Positions 10,333 to 19,129 of a DNA stretch of 49,780 nt are shown in pieces; within the stretch, counting starts at the first letter, position 1, and every line of letters starts with the position of its first letter. The translations under genes and the position numbers were made by a program. The stretch is taken from NCBI GenBank assembly GCA_964402825.1, contig CAYOEI010000294.1, forward strand, positions 1 through 49,780. Reading direction: 5' to 3'. Source of the stretch: an uncultured Hyphomicrobiaceae bacterium (GTDB taxonomy: Bacteria > Pseudomonadota > Alphaproteobacteria > Rhizobiales > Methyloligellaceae). The notes under the pieces are model-generated. The model worked only from the letters and a program-made list of their open reading frames with translations, did not search any database and had not been told where the DNA came from.

Positions 10333-10782
10333 ATGGCCTGGTTCGGGGAAATTATCGCTGGTGTGTTTATCGCGATCGGATCGTTTTTCTATGTGGTTGG
10401 AGCGATCGGCATCTACCGCATGCCCGATGTATTCACGCGCATGCATGCCGCTGGCATTTCAGACACGGCAGGGGCGGGGATGTTGCTGATAGGAATGATG
10501 CTGTTTGCCATTTCTACCGGCGTTTCCTTTTTTGTCACAGTCAAGCTTGCCATTATCCTTGGCGTGATCCTCTTCACCAGCCCGATAGCAACGCATGCGC
10601 TCGCCCAGGCTGCCCTGCAGGCGGGGCTTGAGCCGGTATTGGCCAGCAAAAAAGTTATGATTGGCCCCGGAGCGCATGCTGAACCTGCAAGCGCTCCCAA
10701 GAGCGCTAAAAAAGCACCCAAAAAAGCAGCTAAGCGCCGGGCAACGAAGTCTTCCGCCAAGAAGGGGAGGGCACGGTCATAG
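10333..10782 (+). CDS. mrpG: Mrp antiporter subunit G with a Lys/Ala-rich C-terminal tail
   Basis: IGIYRMPDVFTRMHAAGISDTAGAG is the MnhG/PhaG signature. The last ~32 aa are PASAPKSAKKAPKKAAKRRATKSSAKKGRARS. Confidence 0.8.
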   Translation: MAWFGEIIAGVFIAIGSFFYVVGAIGIYRMPDVFTRMHAAGISDTAGAGMLLIGMMLFAISTGVSFFVTVKLAIILGVILFTSPIATHALAQAALQAGLEPVLASKKVMIGPGAHAEPASAPKSAKKAPKKAAKRRATKSSAKKGRARS

Positions 10783-10796
10783 AAGCTTTAATCAAC

Positions 10797-11339
10797 ATGG
10801 TTCTATTGACGCTGCTGGCCGCCGTAACAATTGGCATTATCCGCATACGCAATCTGTTCGGGGTCGTCGTTCTTGGCGGTATCTACTCCTTCCTCATGGC
10901 GAGCGTCATGATTGTGCTTGATGCGGTTGATGTGGCCATGACGGAAGCTTCTGTTGGCGCGGGTATCTCGATGGTGCTGATGCTGGGTACGCTCTATCTG
11001 ACAAAGACCGAGGAGACCGTACCGGCTCACACACCGCTTCTGCCGTTATTCGTCGCGGTGGCGACCGGCGCTGTGTTGGTGTTCGGCACGTTTGCACTGC
11101 CTCCATTTGGTGTTGCCGATACGCCGATGAACTTGCACGTCGCACCCTATTATCTGGGAAATTCAATTCAAGATACCCTGGTTCCGAATGTCGTGACTTC
11201 TGTCCTGTCGAGCTACCGGGGGTTTGATACTCTCGGTGAAACGGCGGTGATTTTTACCGCGGGCATCGCCGTCCTGCTGCTGCTCAAGGGTAAACGCGAT
11301 GTGAAACCAGGGCCAAAACGCAGGAGGGTCCGCCGATGA
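10797..11339 (+). CDS. DUF4040 domain membrane protein (MrpA C-terminal domain / MbhD-like)
   Basis: 180 aa. AVDVAMTEASVGAGIS motif, multi-TM. It corresponds to the part fused to the C-terminus of MrpA in canonical systems. Confidence 0.7.
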   Translation: MVLLTLLAAVTIGIIRIRNLFGVVVLGGIYSFLMASVMIVLDAVDVAMTEASVGAGISMVLMLGTLYLTKTEETVPAHTPLLPLFVAVATGAVLVFGTFALPPFGVADTPMNLHVAPYYLGNSIQDTLVPNVVTSVLSSYRGFDTLGETAVIFTAGIAVLLLLKGKRDVKPGPKRRRVRR

Positions 11340-11752
11340 AGTTCGACGTCATCTTCCGGGTCGCCGCCAAGATTTTCATTCCCTACATGCTGGTCTTTGC
11401 GCTCTATGTGCAATTTCACGGGGATTTTGGACCCGGCGGCGGTTTTCAGGCCGGTGTCATAGCAGCGGCCATGGTGATTTTCTACGCAATCATCTTTGGC
11501 CTCAAGGCGGCGCAAAAAATCTTTCCGCCCCGTATCATTGAACTCATGGTCCCGTCCGGTGTCGGGATTTTTGCCGGAGCAGGTGTGCTTAGCATGCTAT
11601 TGGGTGAAAATTATCTCAACTACTCACCGTTTGCTCAAGATCCGGCTCATGGACAGGAATACGGGATTATTCTGATTGAAATAGGCGTCCTGGTAACGGT
11701 CTCGGGAACCATGGTCGCCATCTTTTATTCATTAATCGGGCGGGGACGTTGA
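11336..11752 (+). CDS. mrpB: Mrp antiporter subunit B
   Basis: 138 aa, HGDFGPGGGFQAGVIAA motif. ATGA overlap with the upstream gene. Confidence 0.8.
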   Translation: MKFDVIFRVAAKIFIPYMLVFALYVQFHGDFGPGGGFQAGVIAAAMVIFYAIIFGLKAAQKIFPPRIIELMVPSGVGIFAGAGVLSMLLGENYLNYSPFAQDPAHGQEYGIILIEIGVLVTVSGTMVAIFYSLIGRGR

Positions 11753-12117
11753 TGGATCTGCTGCAAACCATTGTCTCCCACTACAATCACTGGATCATTA
11801 TTTTTCTGATGGTGTCCGGCCTCTACATCGTCGTTGCCCGCGGCAACATGATCAAGAAGCTGGTGGGGCTGGGTCTGTTCCAGACTTCTGTTTATTTGCT
11901 CTATCTGTCGCCAGGAAAAATTCTGGGCGGGACACCGCCAATTCTGTCTCCGCAATTCACCGTTTACTCCAATCCTCTTCCTCACGTTTTAATCCTCACC
12001 GCCATCGTTGTCGGCGTGGCGACGCTGGCGTTGGGACTGGCCCTGGTTGTGCGCATCAACGAGGCGTTCGGAACCATCGAGGAAGACGAAATCTTCGCCG
12101 AAGAAGAAGACAAATGA
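11752..12117 (+). CDS. mrpC: Mrp antiporter subunit C (NuoK-like)
   Basis: NMIKKLVGLGLFQTSVYLLYL motif. ATG at 11752 overlaps the mrpB stop (TGATG). The track starts at TTG 11749. Confidence 0.8.
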   Translation: MDLLQTIVSHYNHWIIIFLMVSGLYIVVARGNMIKKLVGLGLFQTSVYLLYLSPGKILGGTPPILSPQFTVYSNPLPHVLILTAIVVGVATLALGLALVVRINEAFGTIEEDEIFAEEEDK

Positions 12118-13595
12118 TTGCGGCGAACCTTCCAGCCCTTCAAGTGGTTTTGCCTCTTTTGGGAGCGGTTCTATGCGCTTTTTTCCGGCGTGGAGTTTAT
12201 GCATGGGGCGTGGCGCTCATTGTCAGCCTCGCCATGCCGCTCATTGCCATCGGATTGCTCATTCAGGTGCTCGATAGCGGGACAATCTCCTATGCGATGG
12301 GCGGATGGCCTCCCCCCATCGGCATCGAATATCGCGTAGATGTGTTCAATGGGTTTCTGCTGTTGCTGGTTTCCGTCATTGCCGCGGTCATCATGCCCTA
12401 TGCCAAGCGCAGCGTTGAGAAAGAGATCCCGTCAGACCGGCAGGCCTGGTTCTATGCAATCTATTTGCTCTGTTTGTGTGGTTTGCTGGGCATGACAATC
12501 ACGGGTGATGCTTTTAATATTTTTGTCTTCATGGAGGTGTCATCACTGGCGGCCTATACGTTAATTGCCATGGGCCGGGACCGGCGCGCGCTGCTCGCCG
12601 CCTACCAGTATCTCATAATGGGAACGATTGGCGCGACCTTCTATGTCATTGGCGTGGGTCTGCTCTATTCAATGACCGGCACGCTCAATTTGGCGGATAT
12701 CGCAAGCCGTCTTGCCGGCATTGAAAATTCACGCGCGGTGCTTGCTGCGCTGGCCTTCCTGACCGTCGGTATCAGTCTTAAGCTGGCGCTTTTCCCACTG
12801 CATGTCTGGTTGCCCAATGCATATGCTTATGCCCCCTCGATGGCCACGGTCTTTCTTGCGGCGACAGCAACCAAGGTCGCTGTCTATCTGCTGTTGCGTT
12901 ATTTTTACACCGTGTTCGGGGCATCGATCATTTTTCAGGACCTGCCCGTTTCAAATATATTCCTCGTTCTCTCTCTGGCCGCCATGTTCGGCGCCTCGAT
13001 CGTCGCGGTATTCCAGGACGATGTGAAACGCATGCTGGCTTATTCGTCGGTGGGGCAGATTGGGTACATTACGCTTGGTATCGCCATCGCAAACCTGACG
13101 GGGCTCACCGGCGGTATCGTGCATCTGTTTAATCACGCACTGATGAAGGCGGCGCTGTTTATGGCCATTGGCGCGGTTTTCTATCGGATAGGGTCGGTCA
13201 AGCTCGACGATCTCGCTGGGATTGGCAAACGTATGCCGATTACCATGGCCGCCTTCGTGATTGCGGGTTTCAGCATCATTGGCGTGCCGGGCACGGTTGG
13301 GTTCGTTTCGAAATGGTATCTGGTTCTGGGCGCCTTCGAGCAGGGCTGGTGGTGGCTGGCATTCCTCATCGTCGCCAGTTCTTTGATCTCGGTTGTCTAT
13401 ATCGGCCGCATTGTCGAAGTGGTTTGGTTCCGGCCTGTTTCGGCCGCCGCCAAGCGGGCCGAAGAGCCGCCGCTCTCAATGCTCTTGCCGACACTTTTAC
13501 TGGTCGCTGCAACTGTCTATTTCGGAATTGACACCTCGGCTACCGCCGGCATTGCGGGCCGTGCAGCTGAATGGCTAATGGCGGGGGTTAAATGA
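12114..13595 (+). CDS. mrpD: antiporter-like subunit, MrpD/NuoN-M family (paralog 1)
   Basis: 493 aa. TM5-type FVFMEVSSLAAY and TM7-type SLKLALFPLHVWLPNAY motifs. ATGA overlap. Confidence 0.85.
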   Translation: MIAANLPALQVVLPLLGAVLCAFFRRGVYAWGVALIVSLAMPLIAIGLLIQVLDSGTISYAMGGWPPPIGIEYRVDVFNGFLLLLVSVIAAVIMPYAKRSVEKEIPSDRQAWFYAIYLLCLCGLLGMTITGDAFNIFVFMEVSSLAAYTLIAMGRDRRALLAAYQYLIMGTIGATFYVIGVGLLYSMTGTLNLADIASRLAGIENSRAVLAALAFLTVGISLKLALFPLHVWLPNAYAYAPSMATVFLAATATKVAVYLLLRYFYTVFGASIIFQDLPVSNIFLVLSLAAMFGASIVAVFQDDVKRMLAYSSVGQIGYITLGIAIANLTGLTGGIVHLFNHALMKAALFMAIGAVFYRIGSVKLDDLAGIGKRMPITMAAFVIAGFSIIGVPGTVGFVSKWYLVLGAFEQGWWWLAFLIVASSLISVVYIGRIVEVVWFRPVSAAAKRAEEPPLSMLLPTLLLVAATVYFGIDTSATAGIAGRAAEWLMAGVK

Positions 13596-15052
13596 GCGGC
13601 GAAACACTCATCATTCTGGCGCTTCTTATTCCGGCCGTGGGGGCCGGTCTCATTGCGCTGACCTCATGGCATTCAAATTTGCGCGAGACCGTCACACTGG
13701 TCACAGCTGCCATGCTGTTCGGTGTGGTTATGATGATTTTAGGCCGGGTGATGGACGGCGAGCAGCTGATGACCGGCTCATTCCAGATCGTGCCGGGGCT
13801 GGATCTGGCCTTCAAGGTAGAGCCGCTCGGCATGTTATTCGCCTGTGTCGCGTCGGGTCTGTGGATCGTGAATTCTATCTATTCCATTGGGTATATGCGC
13901 GGCAATAAAGAACCACGCCAAACGCCATTTTATATGTGTTTCGCGGTCGCGATTGCGAGCACGCTGGGCATCGCTTTCTCCGCAAACCTGTTCACGCTGT
14001 TTTTGTTTTACGAGGTGCTGACGCTTTCCACCTATCCGCTCGTTACCCACAAGGGCGATGACAATGCCAGGGCGGGGGGGCGAACGTATCTTCTCATTCT
14101 GCTTGGTACCTCCATGGTGCTGTTACTGCCGGCCATCGTTGCCACGGCCATGATTGCCGGGACGCTCGACTTTACGCCCGGGGGGATCCTTGCGGGCAAG
14201 ACTGACAAAACTACGGTTGCAATTTTGCTCGCGCTGTTCATGTTCGGCATTGGCAAGGCGGCGCTCATGCCCATGCATCGATGGCTGCCTGCAGCCATGG
14301 TTGCGCCGACGCCGGTCAGCGCTCTTCTTCACGCGGTAGCGGTCGTCAAGGCGGGTGTCTTCACCGCCATGAAAGTTGTGATCTATATTTTCGGCATCGA
14401 CCTTCTTGCGAGCACCGGCGCCAATGAATGGCTGATATGGGTCGCCGCGGCCTCGCTTCTGGCTGGTTCGCTGGTCGCCATGACGAAGGACAACCTGAAA
14501 GCCCGTCTTGCCTATTCAACGGTCAGTCAACTGGCCTATGTGGTGCTGGGTGCGTCGCTGGCGACGGGCTGGGGCGTTATTGGCGGATCGATGCATATCG
14601 CCATGCACGCGGTCGGCAAGATCACGCTATTCTTCTGTGCGGGTGCGATTTACACCGCCGCCCGCAAAACCGAGGTGAGTGAACTGACAGGTCTTGGCCG
14701 GGCGATGCCTTTTACGTTCACGGCGTTCCTTATCGGCTCGCTGTCGATCATCGGTCTGCCGCCCTTCGGGGGATTGTGGGGGAAATGGTACATCGCGCTT
14801 GGGGCGCTTGAAGCGGGGCAGATACTCATCGTCGCAATATTGATGATTTCATCGCTCCTCAACATCGCCTATCTGCTGCCAATTCCATTTAAGGCTTTTT
14901 TTGGCGAGTCTCAGGGGCGCAAGTCCGACGGCATCAAGGAGGCGCCATTGCCCTGCCTGATCGCTATCGGACTGACGTCTTTCGGATGTCTCATTCTATT
15001 CTTTTTTCCCGGCCCGATTCTGGAACTTCTCGGACAAATCAGGCTTCGATAG
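13592..15052 (+). CDS. antiporter-like subunit, MrpD/NuoM family (paralog 2)
   Basis: 486 aa. FLFYEVLTLSTY and GIGKAALMPMHRWLPAAM motifs. ATGA overlap with paralog 1. Confidence 0.85.
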   Translation: MSGETLIILALLIPAVGAGLIALTSWHSNLRETVTLVTAAMLFGVVMMILGRVMDGEQLMTGSFQIVPGLDLAFKVEPLGMLFACVASGLWIVNSIYSIGYMRGNKEPRQTPFYMCFAVAIASTLGIAFSANLFTLFLFYEVLTLSTYPLVTHKGDDNARAGGRTYLLILLGTSMVLLLPAIVATAMIAGTLDFTPGGILAGKTDKTTVAILLALFMFGIGKAALMPMHRWLPAAMVAPTPVSALLHAVAVVKAGVFTAMKVVIYIFGIDLLASTGANEWLIWVAAASLLAGSLVAMTKDNLKARLAYSTVSQLAYVVLGASLATGWGVIGGSMHIAMHAVGKITLFFCAGAIYTAARKTEVSELTGLGRAMPFTFTAFLIGSLSIIGLPPFGGLWGKWYIALGALEAGQILIVAILMISSLLNIAYLLPIPFKAFFGESQGRKSDGIKEAPLPCLIAIGLTSFGCLILFFFPGPILELLGQIRLR

Positions 15053-15063
15053 GAAACTTTCAT

Positions 15064-15315
15064 ATGGCTGACAAACCTGAAAAGCACATGTTCGACAATC
15101 CACGTAACGTCAAGCGTGTGATCAATGTGCTCTACGCCGTTTGCGGGCTTTCGCTGATCGCCGATTTTTTTACCGATCGGCATGTCGACCATCCCTGGGA
15201 GATCCTGTGGGGCTTCTATTCACTCTATGGCTTTGTTGCCTGCGTCGTACTGGTTCTGGTCGCGAAGGAAATGCGCAAGGTGATTATGCGGGGAGAGGAC
15301 TATTATGACGACTAG
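15064..15315 (+). CDS. small two-TM membrane protein embedded in the mrp-like operon (no family recognised)
   Basis: The ATG at 15064 gives 83 aa, MADKPEKHMFDNPRNVKRVINVLYAVCGLSLIADFF...FYSLYGFVACVVLVLVAKEMRKV...EDYYDD. Its 3' end overlaps the next gene's ATG (15305) by 11 nt. The track's upstream extension to 14986 overlaps paralog 2. Confidence 0.55.
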   Translation: MADKPEKHMFDNPRNVKRVINVLYAVCGLSLIADFFTDRHVDHPWEILWGFYSLYGFVACVVLVLVAKEMRKVIMRGEDYYDD

Positions 15316-16996
15316 TCTCGCCCCGTTCCTGATCTTTCTCGCCGGCGGGATTCTGGTGGCGATAACACGTGGCGTTACACGCTCAGTCATCCTTCTGGCG
15401 ATTCCCATCCTCGGCGCGCTTAATCTCTACACCATGGGGGAGGGTATTTATTATCAGATCTCCTTGCTGAACTACGAACTCACGCTGGTTCGTGTGGACA
15501 GGCTTTCAACGCTGTTCGGGTATTTGTTCCACCTGGCGGCATTTCTGGGTGTCATCTATTCGCTGCACGTGAAGGATACGGTGCAGGATGTCGCCGGTAT
15601 TCTTTACGCGGGCAGTGCATTGGGCGCTGTTTTCGCAGGTGATCTGCTTACACTGTTCATTTTCTGGGAACTGCTGGCGCTTACATCGGTATTTCTCATT
15701 CTGGCGCGGCGGACCACGCGGTCCTTCCGTGCAGCCATGCGCTATTTGATCGTTCAGGTATTGTCAGGTGTCATCCTGCTGGCTGGCGTACTGATTCATG
15801 CGCATCAAACCGGATCAATCGCATTCAATTTCATTGGTCTGGACGGGTTGGCAAGCTGGCTCATTTTCCTCGCTTTCGGAATTAAATGTGGCTTCCCGTT
15901 CCTGCATAACTGGCTGACGGACGCCTATCCTGAGGCCACGCCCTCGGGGACGGTGTTCCTGAGTGCCTTCACCACCAAAGTTGCTGTTTATTCACTGGCG
16001 CGGGCTTTTCCGGGCACGGATCTTCTTATTTACATTGGGGCGGCCATGACCATGTTTCCGATCTTCTTTGCCGTGATCGAGAATGATTTGCGCCGGGTTC
16101 TTGCCTATTCCCTGATCAACCAGATCGGCTTCATGGTGGTTGGTATCGGCTTGGGAACGGCGCTCGCCATCAATGGGGCGATTGCTCACGCGTTCAACGA
16201 TGTGGTGTTCAAGGGGCTGCTGTTCATGACCATGGGCGCAGTGTTGTTCAGGACAGGAAAAATCAACGGCTCTGAACTCGGCGGTCTCTATAAGTCCATG
16301 CCTTTCACGACGGGATTCTGCATCGTTGGGGCGGCTTCCATATCGGCATTTCCGTTGTTTTCGGGTTTTGTTTCGAAATCAATGGTGATGGTCGCGGCGC
16401 TTGAAGAAAATCAACCGGTAGTCTGGCTGGCTTTGCTGTTCGCTTCGGCAGGCGTGTTCCATCATGCCGGGATCAAGATTCCCTTCTTCGCCTTCTTTTC
16501 ACATGATTCAGGGATCAGGACACAAGAGGCGCCGCGTAATATGCTGATCGCCATGGGTCTTGCCGCAGCTATTTGCATCTTTATCGGCTCATATCCCTGG
16601 CTGTTATATTCGATGCTGCCTTTCCCTGTTGAATATGCCCCTTATACCTGGGCGCATATTCTCACTCAGAGTCAGCTCCTGTTCTTTTCAGCTCTTGCAT
16701 TCTGCTGGCTGAAGCTGAGCGGTCTGTATCCACCTGAGTTGCCGGGCATCAATATCGATGCGGAATGGAGCTACCGCAAAGGCCTGCCAGCACTTGTGCG
16801 GTGGGTTCAATCGGCAGGCGGCGCTATCCGGCTTAATGCGCTGGACCGCTTGCAGCGTCGGCTGGAGCGTTTCCTGGAGCAGATTTACCGTCACCACGGT
16901 CCGCAAAGTGTTCTGGCGGGCTCCTGGCCAACCGGCAGCATGGCATTTTGGGCAACGCTCCTGCTTGGCGCTTACCTCATCGCCTACTATCTCTAA
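15305..16996 (+). CDS. antiporter-like subunit, NuoL/MrpA-N-terminal-like (paralog 3)
   Basis: 563 aa. FIFWELLALTSVFLI and GIKCGFPFLHNWLTDAY motifs. It is the longest paralog and has C-terminal extra helices. Confidence 0.8.
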   Translation: MTTSLAPFLIFLAGGILVAITRGVTRSVILLAIPILGALNLYTMGEGIYYQISLLNYELTLVRVDRLSTLFGYLFHLAAFLGVIYSLHVKDTVQDVAGILYAGSALGAVFAGDLLTLFIFWELLALTSVFLILARRTTRSFRAAMRYLIVQVLSGVILLAGVLIHAHQTGSIAFNFIGLDGLASWLIFLAFGIKCGFPFLHNWLTDAYPEATPSGTVFLSAFTTKVAVYSLARAFPGTDLLIYIGAAMTMFPIFFAVIENDLRRVLAYSLINQIGFMVVGIGLGTALAINGAIAHAFNDVVFKGLLFMTMGAVLFRTGKINGSELGGLYKSMPFTTGFCIVGAASISAFPLFSGFVSKSMVMVAALEENQPVVWLALLFASAGVFHHAGIKIPFFAFFSHDSGIRTQEAPRNMLIAMGLAAAICIFIGSYPWLLYSMLPFPVEYAPYTWAHILTQSQLLFFSALAFCWLKLSGLYPPELPGINIDAEWSYRKGLPALVRWVQSAGGAIRLNALDRLQRRLERFLEQIYRHHGPQSVLAGSWPTGSMAFWATLLLGAYLIAYYL

Positions 16997-17588
16997 GTAT
17001 GTAAAATACATCTTGTAATTGTAACAAGGTGTAAAAATATGGACGTTGACGTCTCTATACTCATTTATCTACGAAATCATTTTCGACCTGATATACATTT
17101 GCCTTGGTCAAGTATTGCGGGTGTATGTCTGTTTGCCGATAAACGCGATTTTCGGGTGCGAACGCATTTTATGGGATGTCATGTCAAAAAAAATACGACA
17201 CTACTATAGTTTTAGGCGCTGAAAAATGAATAGAGACAACCAAGGTGGTGAGAAACTATCTTAATATCAATTGGTTATGATTATTTTACGTAATTATCAG
17301 ATGTCACCTTCAGTGCGCTCAGAATAGCTTGAATTATGTACAATAATATTATAGATTGATCTTAATCTAGAACTTGAATTGATGGAACATGGCAATTTCA
17401 AGCCAGATTAAGCTAGATAATGTCATATAATTTTTGATATTGAACTGTAATATTTGTGATTTGTCAGAATTATTTTTGATCTATGTCAAAGTTTTGGTCT
17501 ATGGCGAAGTAAATATTTTTTAAGCTGTTAATTTGCTTTTAGTGCGAGGGATCAATTGGTCCGCAACGGTTTTTTGGAGATAGACTAA

Positions 17589-17999
17589 ATGGAAGACAAG
17601 CCAATCAATGAGGGTCTGATTGACCTTACCGCTGATATTGTTTCAGCCTATGTAAGCAATAATGCGGTGGTTTCAGGAGACCTGCCCACACTGATAAATG
17701 AGACTTTCGATGCGTTGAGCAAAGCCGCTGCAAAGGCCTCTCAGCCCTTGGTTGAAGAATTAAATCCGGCTGTTCCAGTTAAGAAATCCGTTATGCCGGA
17801 CTACATTATTTGCCTTGAGGATGGGAAAAAGTTCAAATCTCTCAAACGGCATCTGCGGACCCATTATGATTTGACGCCTGAGGAATATCGGGACAAGTGG
17901 AGCTTGCCCCATGATTATCCGATGGTTGCTCCAAATTATGCAGCTGCCCGTTCAGCGCTTGCCAAAAAGATGGGGTTGGGTCAGCGCAGAAAAAGCTAA
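17589..17999 (+). CDS. mucR: MucR/Ros family transcriptional regulator
   Basis: 136 aa. [63 protein letters not shown] is the Ros/MucR zinc-finger domain. The second Cys position is Asp. Confidence 0.9.
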   Translation: MEDKPINEGLIDLTADIVSAYVSNNAVVSGDLPTLINETFDALSKAAAKASQPLVEELNPAVPVKKSVMPDYIICLEDGKKFKSLKRHLRTHYDLTPEEYRDKWSLPHDYPMVAPNYAAARSALAKKMGLGQRRKS

Positions 18000-18047
18000 C
18001 GGGAATCTGTGCTGGTAAAAGCGTTCAAAGAAAATAATGACGATAAA

Positions 18048-18080
18048 GCAAGGGCCTTTTAGGCCCTTGTCTTTTTTTTG
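18048..18080 (+). terminator. intrinsic terminator of mucR
   Basis: Stem CAAGGGCC / GGCCCTTG, loop TTTTA, followed by TCTTTTTTTT. Confidence 0.8.
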
Positions 18081-18230
18081 CACGCTGCCGCGCAGAAGAG
18101 GTTAGAATCTCTGAATATTTTTCCTTTATGCCCTTGCGGTGGAATCACCAAATAGATCATATTCATCCTGATGAGGTGATTCGCGGTTGCGGCTTGAGGG
18201 AGCTGCAACCGTAAAATATTTTGAGGGACC

Positions 18231-18746
18231 ATGACGTTCGACTTTACGTTTCGGGCGCAACTTGTATCTCGTGAACAGCGTCAGCTTTATGACTATTGGC
18301 GGTCCTGTGCCGCCATGCGCGCAATGCCGGCGCGAAGCGATCTCGATCCTGTTCTCATGCGGGATCATCTTCCCAGTATCTGCCTGATTGACATTTTCCA
18401 TGGGCTCAGAGATGCCGTTGTCCGTCTCGCGGGTACGCAAATCAAGGACGTTTATGGAATTGAGCTGACCGGCAAATGCCTGGGTGATCTGGAGTGGGGT
18501 GACAGGATTGATTACTGGCAGTCAATCTATCAGCGCGTACTTGAAAGTAAGGCTCCTCTACACGGAGCTATCCAGGGACCGATCAGCGAACGGGAACATA
18601 TAAAGTTGTTCTGGTTGCGGCTTCCACTTTCCGACAATGGGAGGCGCGTCAACAAGATCCTTTGCTACGACGTTGCTGTTCCAAATTGCAGTGCGCACGA
18701 TATCGTCCACGATGGGATCTCGCTGGTCAAAGTTGCGAACGGCTAA
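18231..18746 (+). CDS. PAS_5 (DUF1457-type) PAS domain protein
   Basis: 171 aa. LYDYWRS......MPARSDLDP......LPSICLIDI....DAVVRLAGTQI pattern typical of the small alphaproteobacterial PAS family. Confidence 0.7.
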   Translation: MTFDFTFRAQLVSREQRQLYDYWRSCAAMRAMPARSDLDPVLMRDHLPSICLIDIFHGLRDAVVRLAGTQIKDVYGIELTGKCLGDLEWGDRIDYWQSIYQRVLESKAPLHGAIQGPISEREHIKLFWLRLPLSDNGRRVNKILCYDVAVPNCSAHDIVHDGISLVKVANG

Positions 18747-19129
18747 TCAGTGTGTCGCCCTTCGTGCGGGCGGATGAGTTTCTTTGATTGGGTGTATGTT
18801 CTGAGGCTACGAAGCACGGGCTCCTGATTATCGGTATATGCGGACAGTTCCGTTTTAAGGGCCTTTGCAAGACCCAAGTGACGACCCAGGTCATAAGACC
18901 AATGACCAGCCCGGCCGCGTTGACGCTCTGACCTAAGTGCGTTTTTCAGCTTTCTGATCAAAAAGAGTGTACCTGTGCGGCTTTGGTCGGCGATTTCCCC
19001 TGGCCAAACGGCAATCAACCTGGGCAAATCCCGTTCTCGCAAGTACTCGTCAGCGGTTTGAGCAGTTAACCCCCGCCGCTCTGTTCTGTCGGAAAGTGCT
19101 CTGCGGGTCTTCGTATTTTCTTTATTCAT
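18743..19129 (-). CDS. conserved hypothetical basic protein (HWSYDLGRH motif)
   Basis: 128-aa ORF, divergent from the DnaA-C-like gene, with a 4-nt convergent overlap with the PAS gene. I recall the HWSYDL.RH motif from small alphaproteobacterial hypotheticals but cannot name the family with certainty. Confidence 0.5.
   Translation of the reverse strand: MNKENTKTRRALSDRTERRGLTAQTADEYLRERDLPRLIAVWPGEIADQSRTGTLFLIRKLKNALRSERQRGRAGHWSYDLGRHLGLAKALKTELSAYTDNQEPVLRSLRTYTQSKKLIRPHEGRHTD

Noticed and set aside
14986-15063. Upstream extension of the small mrp-embedded ORF (track start 14986)
   Set aside because: The extension overlaps the 3' end of antiporter paralog 2 in another frame. The ATG at 15064, just after that gene's stop, is the more economical start.
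18126-18440. 104-aa reverse ORF overlapping the 5' end of the PAS_5 gene
   Set aside because: I recognise nothing in it and it overlaps a well-supported gene, so it is probably a shadow frame.
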